The notes under the pieces are model-generated. The model was not told the origin of the DNA and did not search any database. It worked only from the letters and a program-made list of their open reading frames with translations. DNA of 63,868 nucleotides, filler included, from Blastocystis sp. subtype 4 (lineage: Eukaryota): assembly GCF_000743755.1 (NCBI RefSeq). It is 12 parts of 12 records of this genome, joined end to end, with 100 filler letters (N's around TTAATTAATTAA, not from the genome) between each part and the next. Parts side by side here need not be neighbours in the genome. Positions count along the whole stretch, not along the records: positions 24,109 to 29,036 come from NW_014569064.1; positions 29,137 to 34,047 come from NW_014569063.1; positions 34,148 to 39,044 come from NW_014569062.1; 9 more parts are not named here. One strand, 5' to 3'. The translations under genes and the position numbers were made by a program. Position 1 is the stretch's first letter. Each line of letters begins with the position of its first letter. This document shows, piece by piece, positions 24,109-37,125 of the stretch.

Positions 24109-25870
24109 CCATTCATATCCAGACGGGCTCGCATCCTCACAATAGCTTCTGATAGATCTCCATAGATCTGATAGCAAGTCTCACGCCGATACAACTCGAA
24201 ATTACGAGCAAGGTAATCATGGAATGAGAGGAATTGAAGATTCAACTTTGGAAGTGCTGTTACAGTGCTTGTAGGAACTAGAGATCCACTCCAAAGAGTT
24301 TGTTCATCAGGAAGGAGAGAGAGAGAATTGATAGAGTCAAGTGGAGTATGAGGAACACAATATTCACAGGCAAAGATCTCCAATAACAGTTCCTCATTCA
24401 ATTCTCCTGATCCTGATGCAAACAGATCATTACTGGATTCAATAGTGCGTTGATTCATTGGTGGAACCAATCGTAAATGAATAGCAAGTGAATCCAAATC
24501 TTTGAAAGAGAGACGACGAAGTTGATCCATGAGAGTAGTACGAGAAGCGATATGATGCACTGAAGTCAAACATAACTCTTCCAACACTTCTGGATAGTAT
24601 CTATCAGTCATGATTTGATTCAAATCTCACTTGTACACAACATTCTGGAAGATGAGCATCTTCTTGTAATAATGTTCACTCGCTTCTTCTTCTGATAAGG
24701 CTTCACCAGTCACTTCATCGATTGCATAACTCTCATAATACGATAAACTCTCTGTTAGATCCCATAACAGACTGCGCTCAACATACATAGGACTCAGATG
24801 GAGACGAGGAAGGACTTGACGATCTTTCAGATACAGCAACAGATAACGTCGGGTAGTAATCTGTGTTAGCAATTCAACGAATAATTCCACAATACTACAT
24901 ACGATATTCTCATGAGTCTTATCGTCAAGGAGATGGAGAAGCACATTCACAAGGAAAGGGAAGAAATTGGAATTACGATCTGTTGGAGTGGATGACTGAT
25001 AGTGAGTTGCAGCAGAAAGCGATTTGAACAAAGCATGACCAGTACGAAGAGTCTCGCTAGGATCCTCACGAATAGCATCATTGAATTCAGAGAGATAATT
25101 CTCAACACTCTCAGACTCTTTCTCGAACTTTGCTGAGTTCAAATGTTCCAACAGACCCAATAGACTTCGTTTCACTTCATACATTTCCCAGGTCACCTTC
25201 AGACGAGGATTCCGATTCAATTCGAGAATACGACGACGACTGTGAACATGACTCCAAAGTCGCAAATTACACAATGGAACCAATTGACGACGAATGCAAT
25301 CAATCTCAAATGACTACAAATCAACAAACACCAACAGAGTCACTCGAAAAGCATATTTGAAGAAAGCAATATAGACAGGAAATTGCTCGAGAGTGACCTC
25401 TTTGTTCAAAAGCATATCGATCACTTTGGAGAAGAAAACGCCAAACTTGGCTTCATCGTTTAGAACAAAACCCCAACCTAGTGGATTATACATCTGAACT
25501 CATCTATATACCAAAAACACCTTCATCAAGTTTGTCAACAATCAACTCAACAAGACGAAATACTGCATCATTATCAGCATTCTCTGAGAATTGACTCCAC
25601 AATTCAATTTCCATTTCACAGTTTGGAGTTGAGGAGAGTTGATTAGTGATTGTGAGAAATGGAAATGAAATGAATGAAATTATCTGATACAAGTGAATGG
25701 AGAAGAGTGATATGGATAACGAGAAAAGAGTTGGAAATGAAATGGGGAGTTCAACTCAATCAAAATGGAAGTATCGACATCTTTCCAAACCATAGCAATG
25801 TTCATTTCTTCAAATTCAATAATGTCTCCCTACAACAATGGTTTTCAAGCAGCATAATGATACCCTGTTG
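24109..25870 (-). CDS. AQR: RNA helicase Aquarius (IBP160) N-terminal part, 3' partial
   Basis: LPKLNLQFLSFHDYLARNFELYRRE, FVELLTQITTRRY, YAIDEVTGEAL; start approximate. Confidence 0.85.
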
Positions 25871-26157
25871 ATTTGATTGAGATGACATTTCTAAAGAAAC
25901 AAGAATGAGAGATGAAGTCTAGAAACAGAATGGGATTATACAGGATTGAAATAGAGATAATGGTTTGGATTGGATGATGAACCATTTTGGTCAATATCTC
26001 CTATTCTAGACCGAATTGATAAGAATGAAACGTATGTTTTCAAAGAAGGGACTTGTTGAATCCTCCAAGGAAGAAAATATGGAGGATATAGATAGTGATG
26101 CTGATCTTCAAGAGTATGTATTGTTTTTGTATTCAATGAATTTGAAATAATCTAACG

Positions 26158-28666
26158 ATGGGATAGTATCACTCCTCCTCCTGAAAAGCCTTTAGAGCTT
26201 CCTCGAGAGTGGCGCAGTTTCGCATCTGAAGAGAAGGAAGGAAGCAAGACAAATCAGAAAGTAGATATTTGGAATTAGATTGATGAAGGAGTAGATTGTG
26301 AAGAGTATCTACAAACTACACATTGATGAGGAAATGAAGAAGAAGTTTGGGTTTGTTGGGAGATTTCATGTACAGTGAACCCGAATACACGACATTCCGT
26401 GAGTTGAAGCTGTGGATGGGAACCTGGAACGTGAATGGGAAGAAGATTGATGAGAATATCAACATCTGGATGACAGGTTCTGTGACTGGAAAGCCAACAG
26501 CAGATATCTATGTTGTGGGTTTGGAGGAAATGGTGGATCTGACAGCAACTACGGTAGTATTAGAAGCTCAAAGCCAGAAACGAGCAGGAATTTGGTTGGA
26601 AATGATCAGTAATGCATTGAACAAGAGTGCAAAGACGGATGTAGGTGTAAGAAGAAGGAATGAGGAATAGAATAACACATATGTGCTTGTAGAGAGTCAG
26701 ATCCTGGTGGGTGTGTTTCTGTGTGTGTTTGTTCGTAAGTCGTTACGTGAGCGTATAGCAGAGGTGTTGAGTGAGTTGTGAGAAGAGAGATTGATTCATA
26801 GCTACGACAGCAGCAACAGGTCTGTTAGGAATGATGGGTAACAAGGGTGGAGCAGCAATTCGAATGAAGATTCTGGATAGTACGGTCTGTTTTGTGTGTT
26901 CTCATCTGGCTGCCCATCGTGAGAATGTTGCTGGTAGAAATGCTGATTTCCACAAGTAGGACGAAGAGAATGAATGAATGAGATAGAATATGTGATAACA
27001 TTCGATTCAAAAGAGAAGAGAATGAAGAATCCTTTGGAATCATGGATCATCAATTTGTATTCTGGGTGAGGAATCATGATGAGAATTGAGAGATAGATTG
27101 GAGATCTGAACTATCGAATCACCTCCGATGTACCAACACTTCAAGTGTTTGATTATGCTGCTAATGATTTGGATTTCCTTCTTAAGAAGGATCAATTGAA
27201 AGTATCACAACGAGCTGGTTTGGCATTTGAAGAGTTCACAGAACCTGAAGTGAAGTTCCCTCCTACTTACAAATACAAGAAATACACNNNNNNNNNGGAA
27301 AGAAATGTCGTGCACCTGCTTGGTGTGATCGTATTCTGTATCATACAGGAGAAGGAGCTTCATTCTCGGATGTTACTGTTCATGCATATGATCATATTCT
27401 GAAGCTCAGTGGATCGGATCATAAACCTGTGTTTGCTGTGGCTACTGTGCGTGTGAAGGATTATGATCAAGCCAAGTTGAAGAAGACACGATTGCGTGTA
27501 GAGAGAGATTTGAAGAAGACAGAACATCCTGAAGCTAAAGTGGTGATGACTCTGAATACGGACACTATTGACTTTGGAGCATTGAAGTACAAGACGAAGG
27601 CAATACAAGAATTGACTCTGACTAATGAGGGTGAAGGCAATGGATACTTCCATTTCCTCCCGAAACCAGAAGATCAGCATATCTCAAAGCGTATGTTTAA
27701 TGTAACTCCTGCTTATGGAGTGGTTCAACCAGGTGAGACAATGACTGTTCAGATTGAAGCGTTCATTGATTCAGAGTCAGCTCATGTGAAGATAGAATGA
27801 GAGAATGATGATTAGGAGTTGAATGGAGGTCATGATGTGTTTGATGATGTGTTGGTATTACGTGTGGAGAATGATACAGATTACTATGTGCGAATTGGTG
27901 GCAGTTTCATCACTTCATGTTTCGGTCAGTCTTTGGAGACATTGATTCGAATGACTCAGCCAGGTACATAAATGAATGAGAGATTATGAATAGCCCGTGA
28001 GACAGAGGAAGTATCTGTTACAGGACCAGTAGCCATGTCCATTCCTAAGGAGTTGTGGCGAATGGTGGACTATCTATATCAGTGTGGTTGTGATGCATCT
28101 GGATTGTGGACAGATAAGGGAGTTGAGAGTGAAGAGGAGATCATTCGAGATATGTTGGATGAAGGTAAACCATTCCAAGGGATTGAGTGAGGGAATGAGA
28201 GTGAAATGATACTTAGTGTGCATTCTGTAGCTGATGCATTGTTGGATTGGTTCACTTCACTTCAGTCTCCTGTGATTCCTGAGAAGTGTACATCGAAACT
28301 AGAGAAAGGTGAGAAGATCAATAGTGAGTTTGTGAATGCATTTATGAGTATGGTAAGGATGAAGGAGAGATATGAGGATAGTTGTCACCAGTACGTAAGA
28401 ATGTATTCATTTATATGGTCACATTCCTACGAGAGTTATTGAAACATTCTGCTCAGAATGATCTCACTGCTGATTTCTTGGGTATGATCTTCTCGAAGGC
28501 ATTCATTGTGAATGCATCAAAAGAACAACAGTTGACAAAGGAATATCGTGTTGCTCAAGAGATTGTAACAGAGTTGTTGATCTTCCTCTTGAAGTCAACC
28601 TCTCAACAACTTTCAGGAGAGGCTGTTGCAGAAGAATCTGGATCAGAGGCTTCGGATGAAGAGTGA
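26158..28666 (+). CDS. OCRL/INPP5B-like inositol polyphosphate 5-phosphatase with ASH and RhoGAP-like domains
   Basis: GTWNVNG, GNKGGA, HLAAH, GDLNYRI, FPPTYKY, PAWCDRIL, SDHKPV, IPKELWRMVDYL; start approximate. Confidence 0.9.
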
Positions 28667-29136
28667 TAGGCATGATTGCGATTTGATGGATGTTTGTTTA
28701 GTAATAACTGTACAATCATTCGTGAGGATTTGATTATTAAGAGAGTCATTACTATTGATGATTATCATTATCTAAGAATTGGCAAATGGTACAACTAAGT
28801 GAGATCGTGTATTATGTATAGGAAGACTCAAACTCACCAATGGAGTTGACTGAGGGTATTTGGATCTGTATTTGGCTAATCCATAGAAGAGAAGCAGATT
28901 CTCGAAAAGAAGGCTGAAATGGATGCCACAAATGGAGAGACTAGTACTGAACTATCTCCTGTGGACATTGGCTCTGGTGTTTATCCCAAATCCTATTTCG
29001 ACTTGGAGAAGTATCCCACACATTGGAAGATTGTGANNNNNNNNNNNNNNNNNNNNNNNNNNNNNNNNNNNNNNNNNNNNTTAATTAATTAANNNNNNNN
29101 NNNNNNNNNNNNNNNNNNNNNNNNNNNNNNNNNNNN

Positions 29137-29643
29137 TTCACTTGAATCCATATCTATTGGAAGCTATTCATTCTGTCATTGTCATTCAGTTCGATTTGAG
29201 AGTAATGATTGAATGAAGGAGTAATAATCAGATCTGACATGTTTTCAATCCATGTATCTTTATCAAGGAGCATTTCAAGGAGATTGGGGAGATGATCGCA
29301 AATCGAATAGCACAGCTCCTTTCAATTATCGAAACACTCTAACAATGTAGAGTGATGAATAGAAGCAAGAATGATGATTAGATCTGAATCATCTTATTTC
29401 AATGCATATTCCTTCTATTTGTTTCAGATGTATTGGATCTGTTGTTTTGGAGAGTATGACTAATGAATTGAGTTGAGAGTAGATATTCCAATTCTTTCCT
29501 CAGGTAGTATCACTGGAGGTGATAATAATCAATTTGTGAGTGTTTATGAATTGAATGCAACGAGTTTGATTAACACTTGAAGATAAGATGTAGATGCTGT
29601 TACTCTTGAATCGTTTATTCGAAGCCGAAGTTCTTATGTCTAG
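29137..29643 (+). pseudogene. 3' end of an LRR paralog close to 11640-12149, with AAG>TAG nonsense change
   Basis: Near-identical exons and introns; ACAATGTAG here versus ACAATGAAG near 11850. Confidence 0.6.
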
Positions 29644-29964
29644 CCCATTTCTTTGTTCATTTGAATACAATATATGATAATCATTGCTCTTACTGACCTA
29701 GAAGGAACTATCTACTGAGTTCTTCATATTATTTGAGAACAGACAATCAGCTAACAGTGTCATTCAGTAGATATTACAACATGGTGAATAGAGATAACTT
29801 TGAACGTTAAATCTTTCAGATGATCGGTCAAGAGTATTACTGGATAGTAGCAGAAGATAAATTGGAACAATGACAGTAGAAACTAGAGTACTGAGCCTTT
29901 CTTCATATAGACAGCGGTGTTAATTCATGTCTCCAACCTCGCTAACTTCAACAGGCCGACAAGA

Positions 29965-30085
29965 AGATGTACTGATATGAAGCGATGGACACTACTTCAC
30001 CATGACCATCACGCACATCAAACTGAACCGAACGCAAATCACTCATATGAACTGCACATACATTCAAATGACTAAACGAACATAC
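29965..30085 (-). pseudogene. Penton-like gene fragment
   Basis: Reverse complement of 15492-15580 (HMSDLRSVQFDVRDGHGEVVSIASY). Confidence 0.6.
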
Positions 30086-30826
30086 AAAGTGAAGCAACAA
30101 CAACAAAACGACATCATTCAATACTACAATGCCAATTTCTTTGTTCTAGCAGCAACTTACCACAACTAACTGCTTGAGTTTGAAATCCTCCCACACCATT
30201 CAATGATTCGTAGGCTTTTCCCTTATTCTCTGTTTCTTCTGCTAAATCATTTGTAATGCGATCATCATACTCTTTGGAAGATAATCGTCCCTTTCACAAA
30301 TAAACGACTCTCATTTATATTTGTCATAACATGAGATTCACCTATTCAATCACACTCCTATGTGGTAAGAAAACAGATGATCTAAGACAATGAAGTTTTC
30401 GAATGAGCATCAAGAGAAAAAAATGTATCGATGACATTCAATCATTAACATAGAATACAATAGAATGGAAATAGATAGGAGTCTGTTTATCACATCCAAA
30501 GCATGTATTCTAATTCTATCATGTATCAATATATATGATCCTGTACTATGCAGCAGATATATCATATTGCTTCAATACTCTGTATTCACTCTTCTTGTCT
30601 TTCTTATCACAATTTGGTCATTCAATTAACAGATTAGTTTACAAGATAATTGTATAGTTACTGCCTAAAAGAGAAGTTGAAAGAAGGAGATTGACACGAG
30701 CAATGAATCAGAATATAGAAACTGGTGAATTACATTACTTTCATGAATAAAGTAGAATGAGGGATAGAGAATGACGAAAAACACTCACTTCATGCACTAT
30801 TACTCTTTTTTTGAACCGACAAACCC

Positions 30827-33800
30827 ATGTCTGGAGTCGGAATTGTTAGGCCAAAAACTTATAATGATTTAGTGCGTAAAGGCGTCGTCTTTTCTTTGAT
30901 GTCTAGCTCCGCCTAATTATGTTCCAGGACTTGGACGCGGTGCTAGAGGATTTGTTACACAGTAGTTTTTTTGGGTATTAGAGTGGTAATTTTCAGATCG
31001 GACATTGGACCCGCTAATGCTGTTGAATCTGTTTCTTTTTTGTCGTAGCATTGAAAATTAGACACAACCAGGAATGATGGCAAGTGCTGTAGCCAATATG
31101 GAAGAAGGAGGAAATTATGATTCCTTTACTGGACCACAAGAAAGTATTTTTGGGTATGAACCTATTTGAAGTGATACTGTAGGAATACTCCTTATGATGA
31201 CGATGATAAAGAGGCAGATCAGATTTATGAGCAGGTAGATGCTAGAATGAAGGAAAGAAGGGAAGATCAGCGTCAAAAAAGAGAAAAAGCTCGCATTGAG
31301 ATGCTATATGATGAACATATGGATCAGCAACGTCAATTTGAAGATTTAAAACGTGGATTGGCATCAGTAACAATGGAAGAATGGAATAATCTTCCTGAAA
31401 TCGAAGATAAATCGCTCAAACGCAAACGAGAAAAGGAACGAGAAATATATACTCCGGTTCCAGATTCTGTTATTGAAGCAAAGCGAATGCGTGATTCCAC
31501 TGAGATCTATCTTGATCCGCGACAGCAGGTGTTAGGTGGTTTTGAAACTCCCTCTGGAATAGCCTCAACTTCGTTAAGTGCTGCAAGAGAGAAGGTATGT
31601 TCAATATAGCAATAATAGTGTAGTTATTGTCTTTGAAACTCGATCATATGTCGGATAGTGTAAGTGGTCAAACAGTGATTGATCCCCGTGGTTATATGAC
31701 ATCTCTGAATAGTATGAAAAGTATCAGTGAGACAGAAATCGGTGATATCAATAAGGCGCGAGTCACTTTTCGAAGCCTCATAAATGCAGATCCAACTAAT
31801 CCACAAGGTTGGATAGCAGCAGCACGACTAGAAGAACAAGCTGGTAGTACAACGAATTTGTTCTTATTGTAGGCAAATTGACAGCGGCCAGGAAGCTTAT
31901 TAAGGAAGGATGTGAGAACTGTCCTAAGAGTGAAGCAGTGTGGTTGGAAGCTGTTCACTTACAGGATAAGGAGAATGGAAAGATTATTCTAGCTAATGCT
32001 GTTCAACAGCTCCCCAGATCTGTGAAGATCTGGCAAACTGCAGCCGATCTGGAAGATGATGTTGACAAAAAAAGGCGTGTATTGTGGCGGGCATTGGAGT
32101 TTATACCAAATTCTGTGGTACTATGGAAAGAAGCTGTGAGTCTGGAGAAGGAAGAAAGTGCGATATTGTTGCTGCGTCGTGCTGTGGAGCAAGTGCCTGA
32201 GTGTGTGGAATTGTGGTTAGCTCTCGCCAAGTTGGAAACTTATGAGAATGCTCGTAAGACACTGAATCGAGTATTGGTGTGAATGTTGATGAAGTGTAGG
32301 CACGTCTGGCTGTCCCTACGGAACCTTTAATCTGGTTCACAGCTGCTCAGTTAGAAGAAGCTAATGGAAGTATTCATCGAGTGGAGAGTATAATTGAGAA
32401 GTCAATCAAATCTCTTCGGAATAATGATGTGGTGATTGATCGAGAGAAATGGCTCCAGCATGCTTATGATATGGAGCGAGCTGGTGCTATTCAGACCTGT
32501 GGTGCTATTGTGAGGAATGTGTTGGGGATTGGAGTGGAGCCTGAAGATCGTCGTCGAACGTGGACCGATGATGGAGAGAAAGCCTTACGAGAAGGAGCCA
32601 TTGAAACAGCGAAAGCTATCTTTGCTTTCACGTTATCTTCATTTCCAAGTAAAGATGAATAAGAAGAATGAATGGATAGGTCGTGAGGATCTTTGGATTC
32701 GAGCTTATGAAATTGAGGATGATTTTGGCACAATGGAATCAGCAGAAGCTCTGTTACGTCAAGCAGTTCAAGCTTGTCCTGCTTCAGAACCTCTTTGGCT
32801 GCTTCTCATTCAATTGAAGTACAAGAAACAGAAGGATTGTGACGGTGCTCGAATTGCTGTTGAGGATGCTATGAAAGCTAATGTTTCCAATCCAGCCATC
32901 CTCAGTAGTGAGCGACTGTGGCTGACTGCTTTCCAAGTATATTTGGTTGGGTATGGTAATTGGTAGATTGAATGGGAAGTGAACGATTATGATCGGGCTC
33001 GATCTATCCTTCAGCGTGCAAGAGTTAATTGCTCTAGTGGGCGTGTTTGGATGAAGAGTGCTTTGCTTGAATGGGAAATGAACCATGATACTGAGGAACT
33101 CTCCCTGTTAACAGATGGTATTCAATCGTATCCGGAATATGCCAAGTTATATATGATGTTGGGACAGTATTATCAACAACATGATGATATTGATCAAGCT
33201 CGTAATACATATCGGTACTCATAGTGGATAACATTGTTACATTAGAAAAGGATTACTCAAATGTCCATTCTCTGTTCCTCTGTGGTTATTGTATGTTCGA
33301 TTAGAACGAGAATACACTTCTCTAACTAAAGCACGATCGCTTCTTGAGATTGCACGTCAGAAATGTCCTGATAGCGAGGATCTGTGGATTGAATCCATTC
33401 ATATGGAGCGAGACGCTAAGAATGAAGCTCTTGCGAACCAGCTCCTTGCAAAGGCTCGACAGACTCTTCCAACAAGTGGTAAGAATCAGGAGAGATGTTT
33501 ATTATCAGGGAGAATTTGGTCTGAGTCCATTATTACCATTCCCAAGATTCAACGTCGAACCTACATTTCCACTGCATTAAAGGAACATGAGGATGATCCT
33601 TATATCGTGATGGCTGCTGGAAAGCTGTTCTGGAGCATGCGAAAGAATGATCGTGCTCGTGTGTGGATGAAAAGGGCTGTTACGAAAAATCCTGATATTG
33701 GTGACTTTTGGGCCATTCTATATGTATTTGAACTTCAGAATGGAACCGAAAGTCAACAGAAGGAAGTCCTTCAGGATTGTGTCAAAGCTAATCCTCACCA

Positions 33801-33916
33801 TGGGGAAATCTGGCCTGTGATTCGGAAACAACGAGAGAATCGGAGAAAGACAACAACAGAGATTCTTAAACTGGTTGCTGATCAGTTAAAGGATTCGATT
33901 TTGGAGTTTTGTAATT
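30827..33916 (+). CDS. PRPF6: Pre-mRNA splicing factor PRP6 (HAT/TPR repeats), multi-exon; stop probably completed by poly(A)
   Basis: APPNYVPGLGRGARGF, DPRGYMTSL, GWIAAARLEE, PHHGEIW. Confidence 0.95.
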
Positions 33917-34147
33917 GGTATGTTTGTTCTTTTATCTTCACGTATATTAACAAACATTTCTACATTAGCTATCCTACAGACTCTTATCCTTTTCTTCTAA
34001 TCGTTTCTGGAATACAGTGATAATCTCGTTCAGCATATCTGGATTCANNNNNNNNNNNNNNNNNNNNNNNNNNNNNNNNNNNNNNNNNNNNTTAATTAAT
34101 TAANNNNNNNNNNNNNNNNNNNNNNNNNNNNNNNNNNNNNNNNNNNN

Positions 34148-34315
34148 AAAATGTCTGCCTTTTCGAGCTTGTTTATGGGCCTTTTTGTCTGCATTTTCGT
34201 GGCGTTTTTGTCTGGTAGGGTTAAGCGTGTATAGCTACCCAGGGTTAGAGGCCCATGTTTGCGACGGTTTGTCTGGATAATAAAAATACGTAACATACGT
34301 CAATTATCTACTGCT
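34148..34315 (-). mobile_element. Repeat C (Polinton-like terminal repeat), cut by contig start
   Basis: Reverse complement of 43938-44022; outer end AGCAGTAGATAATTGACGTATGTTAC. Confidence 0.7.
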
Positions 34316-34989
34316 TCTTCATCTTGTAATTGACCAGTTATTCTTGTTTATGGTTCTTCGTCCTCGGACCTTATTACGGTTTTATTGAATATTGGTCATT
34401 GCTTCTTGAATCTTGGTTCCTTTGGTTCCTTTGGTTCCTTTGGTTTCTGGATCTCGTAACCAGTTTCTTGGTATTTGGTTTGACTCTTGGTCCTTCAAAC
34501 TTGATTCTTGGCTTTCAGCTGTTATTCATTTATCTTCCTTCTTTGGCTCCTGATTTTGACTCTCGAAGTTGTTATTGACCACTAGTTCTTGATAATGGTT
34601 CTTTGTCCCCAGACCTGAGTGTTGGTTGTAGTACCTGGACCTTGGTTCCTCGTGTCGGTCCTTGATTCTTCATTCTTATGTCTTGGTTCTGGATCTCCGA
34701 CTCCTAATCATTGCTTCATGTTGTATTAATCATAAATGGTTCCTTCTTGACCTTGAGCCTTACTCATATTGACTCATTAGTTTTCATGCTGGCTCATTAT
34801 GTGGTATTGCCAAATGGTTCACGTCTTCGTCCTTCACCCTCGGACCTTAGTATCTTGGAGTCTTGGTTCGGTATATTGGATTCGCTCATAGTACTTGGTT
34901 CTTGATCCTTTGTTAGTTGGTTATGGTTTTGGGATCTTGAATCTTGGTTCTATGGGTCTCGCTCTTCGGTTCTGGTTTCCACTCATGGC

Positions 34990-35255
34990 TCATTGTTCTT
35001 GGCCCTTGAGTTTTGGTTCGTTGAGTCTTGGTCTTTGACTCTGGGTTATTGAATATTGAGTATAGGGAAAGGTTTAAACTCACTGTTCTTGGCCCTTGAG
35101 TCTTGGTTCGTTGATTTTGGTTTTTGACTCTAGGTCCTAGTATTTTGAGTAGAGGGAAATGGTGTGGCATAAACTCATGGTTCTTGACCCTTGAGTCTTG
35201 GTTCATTGGTTCTTGGTTTTGACTCTGGGTTCTCGAATTTTGAGTATAGGTTAGT
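34990..35255. repeat. Three diverged ~90-bp tandem units within a TCTTGGTT-rich tract (34330-35600)
   Basis: GTTCTTGGCCCTTGAG...TTTGACTCTGGG...TTGAGTATAGG at about 34995, 35085 and 35180. Confidence 0.8.
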
Positions 35256-35659
35256 GGTAATGGTTCATGGTTCTTTGGCGATTGGTGATGATACTGATAT
35301 TGGTATTGGTATCAGTATCGGTGTTGGATTCCTGTTATCATAGGATCGGTTCTCGATCCTCAATATGGATTTTGGGTCGTTTTGTTTATATGGATTGTTT
35401 TGGGAGTTTTATACAGGAGTTTTCTGTCTTCGGGCTTTTCTCCTATAGTTTCCTCCCTTTATCAGCAAGACTTGTTTACCGACCCTTTTGTCTTTCTCCT
35501 TGAGTTCACCTTTTTCATTCCATGGTCTCATGGAGTGTGCTTTTTGTTTTTGGTTATGTTTTTAGTTGTTTTTTGGTTTTACTTGAGGAGTTTTTGTGCG
35601 GTGAAATAACCGTCAGTTGCTTGTTGGTAGTAGACAACAGGGATTCAGGATATCTTGTG

Positions 35660-36044
35660 TAGTAGTGTTGTTTATTTCCTGAGGGACTTCATGATCTTAT
35701 CAGGCTCTGTTCTGGATTCCTTGAGTTTGCTATCATGTAAGAACTCTGTTCTCTTGTGATTGAAATGGTGTTCATCGACTATCTCAAATTAGACTATGTG
35801 GTACGGTATGGGAAGAATGTCTATTTGAGATAATGTCACCTGATGATGAGTGTTTCAAGGGTGGTAATGATACTACTCTTCTTTGGTTGGTATCTTGATT
35901 TCCTTTCAGGGAATCACCCTAATCTCTACAATCGCTGGAGATTAGTCTCAGGAAAGAGTCCGAGACCTGACGATATGGACGTAAAGTGCCCTCTAGGGCA
36001 TCTATGTAGTGTTTAAAGTGTTTAAAGTGTTTAAAGTGTTTAAA
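35660..36044 (+). repeat. Diverged repeat B copy with (GTGTTTAAA)4 tail
   Basis: GGACGTAAAGTGCCCTCTAGGGCATCTATGTAG; tail 36009-36044. Confidence 0.8.
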
Positions 36045-36117
36045 CTACTCCAGCAAATGTGATTATTGTATTAACAAGTGAATCAATTATATACCTAATC
36101 TATGATACTCAATCCAT

Positions 36118-36862
36118 TGTGATTGCGAAATTTGATAAGATATTTGTGATTCTATTTAACTATGATACTTGTGAATGCAAATCATAGATTACTAATGGAG
36201 TAGTGTTGGAGTAGGTTTGGAGTAGGTTCAAAAATACAACCTACTCCGGAATTCCTTCAAAATGGCTTATAAACTGGCTTGATTATAGGGATTAATTCAA
36301 TTTGGAGTAGGAGGAGTAGGAAGAGTAGGTTGAAGATTCAATTAGACAAAAAGTTTTGGTAGAATTCTTCTTAAGAAATAGAAAACCCAACCTACTCCAC
36401 CTACTCCAACCTACTCCAACATCATATAATCCTCATAATGAAGCTAATTTATGGGCTATTTGTAAGGAATTTGGAGTAGGTTTGAAATTTGAGACTACTC
36501 CTGAAACCTACTCCAAGCTACTCCAATCAAATTGTATCAATCATTACTGAATGCAATCACGGTATTATTGACACATTTACTTAACAACAACTGCTATGCA
36601 GCTATTTAATCTACGATTAAATCTCCCATATTTCTATTCAGCTATATGAACACCAAAATTATACCATATTTTTGTCACAGTTTTAGCGGTTGTTCGTCAC
36701 CCTGTGTTACTACACCATCTTTTAGTGTCAGAAAGTTTGTTTTACTTTGTTCATACTATTTGACTGATTACTTAACCATTTTGCACTCCTTCTTTAGCGT
36801 CAGCTCAAGGAGGTGCGGCGCTTGCGCCGCGCCCTCCGCAGAGCACGCACGGCCTCAGGCCT
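36118..36862 (+). mobile_element. Repeat A copy retaining the last codons of the primase-helicase (CDCEI*)
   Basis: TGTGATTGCGAAATTTGATAA matches the CDCEV* end at 20695; then iterons and the full hairpin. Confidence 0.9.
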
Positions 36863-37125
36863 CTTCACATACTCTATGCATCATATTCAACCGCCTTTCA
36901 TACCTAACTCTACATTCCATTCATATTCTGACAATACTGCAGGTTTCATCTCTCAGACACTCAGCTAAGCTTCAATTCTTATACTTCAATTCAAACCGCT
37001 TTCATCACTCATGCGAAATATACTATCCAATACTACAGATCTTACTCACAACTTGATCTCCACTAATACTTCGAACTTCATCCTTTCTATAATACCATTC
37101 AATTATACATCTTACTACTAATCAA

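Noticed and set aside
35955..36005. CTGACGA...GTAAA as a hammerhead ribozyme
   Set aside because: The core is not conserved in the other three B copies, and the GAAA and stem II geometry is missing
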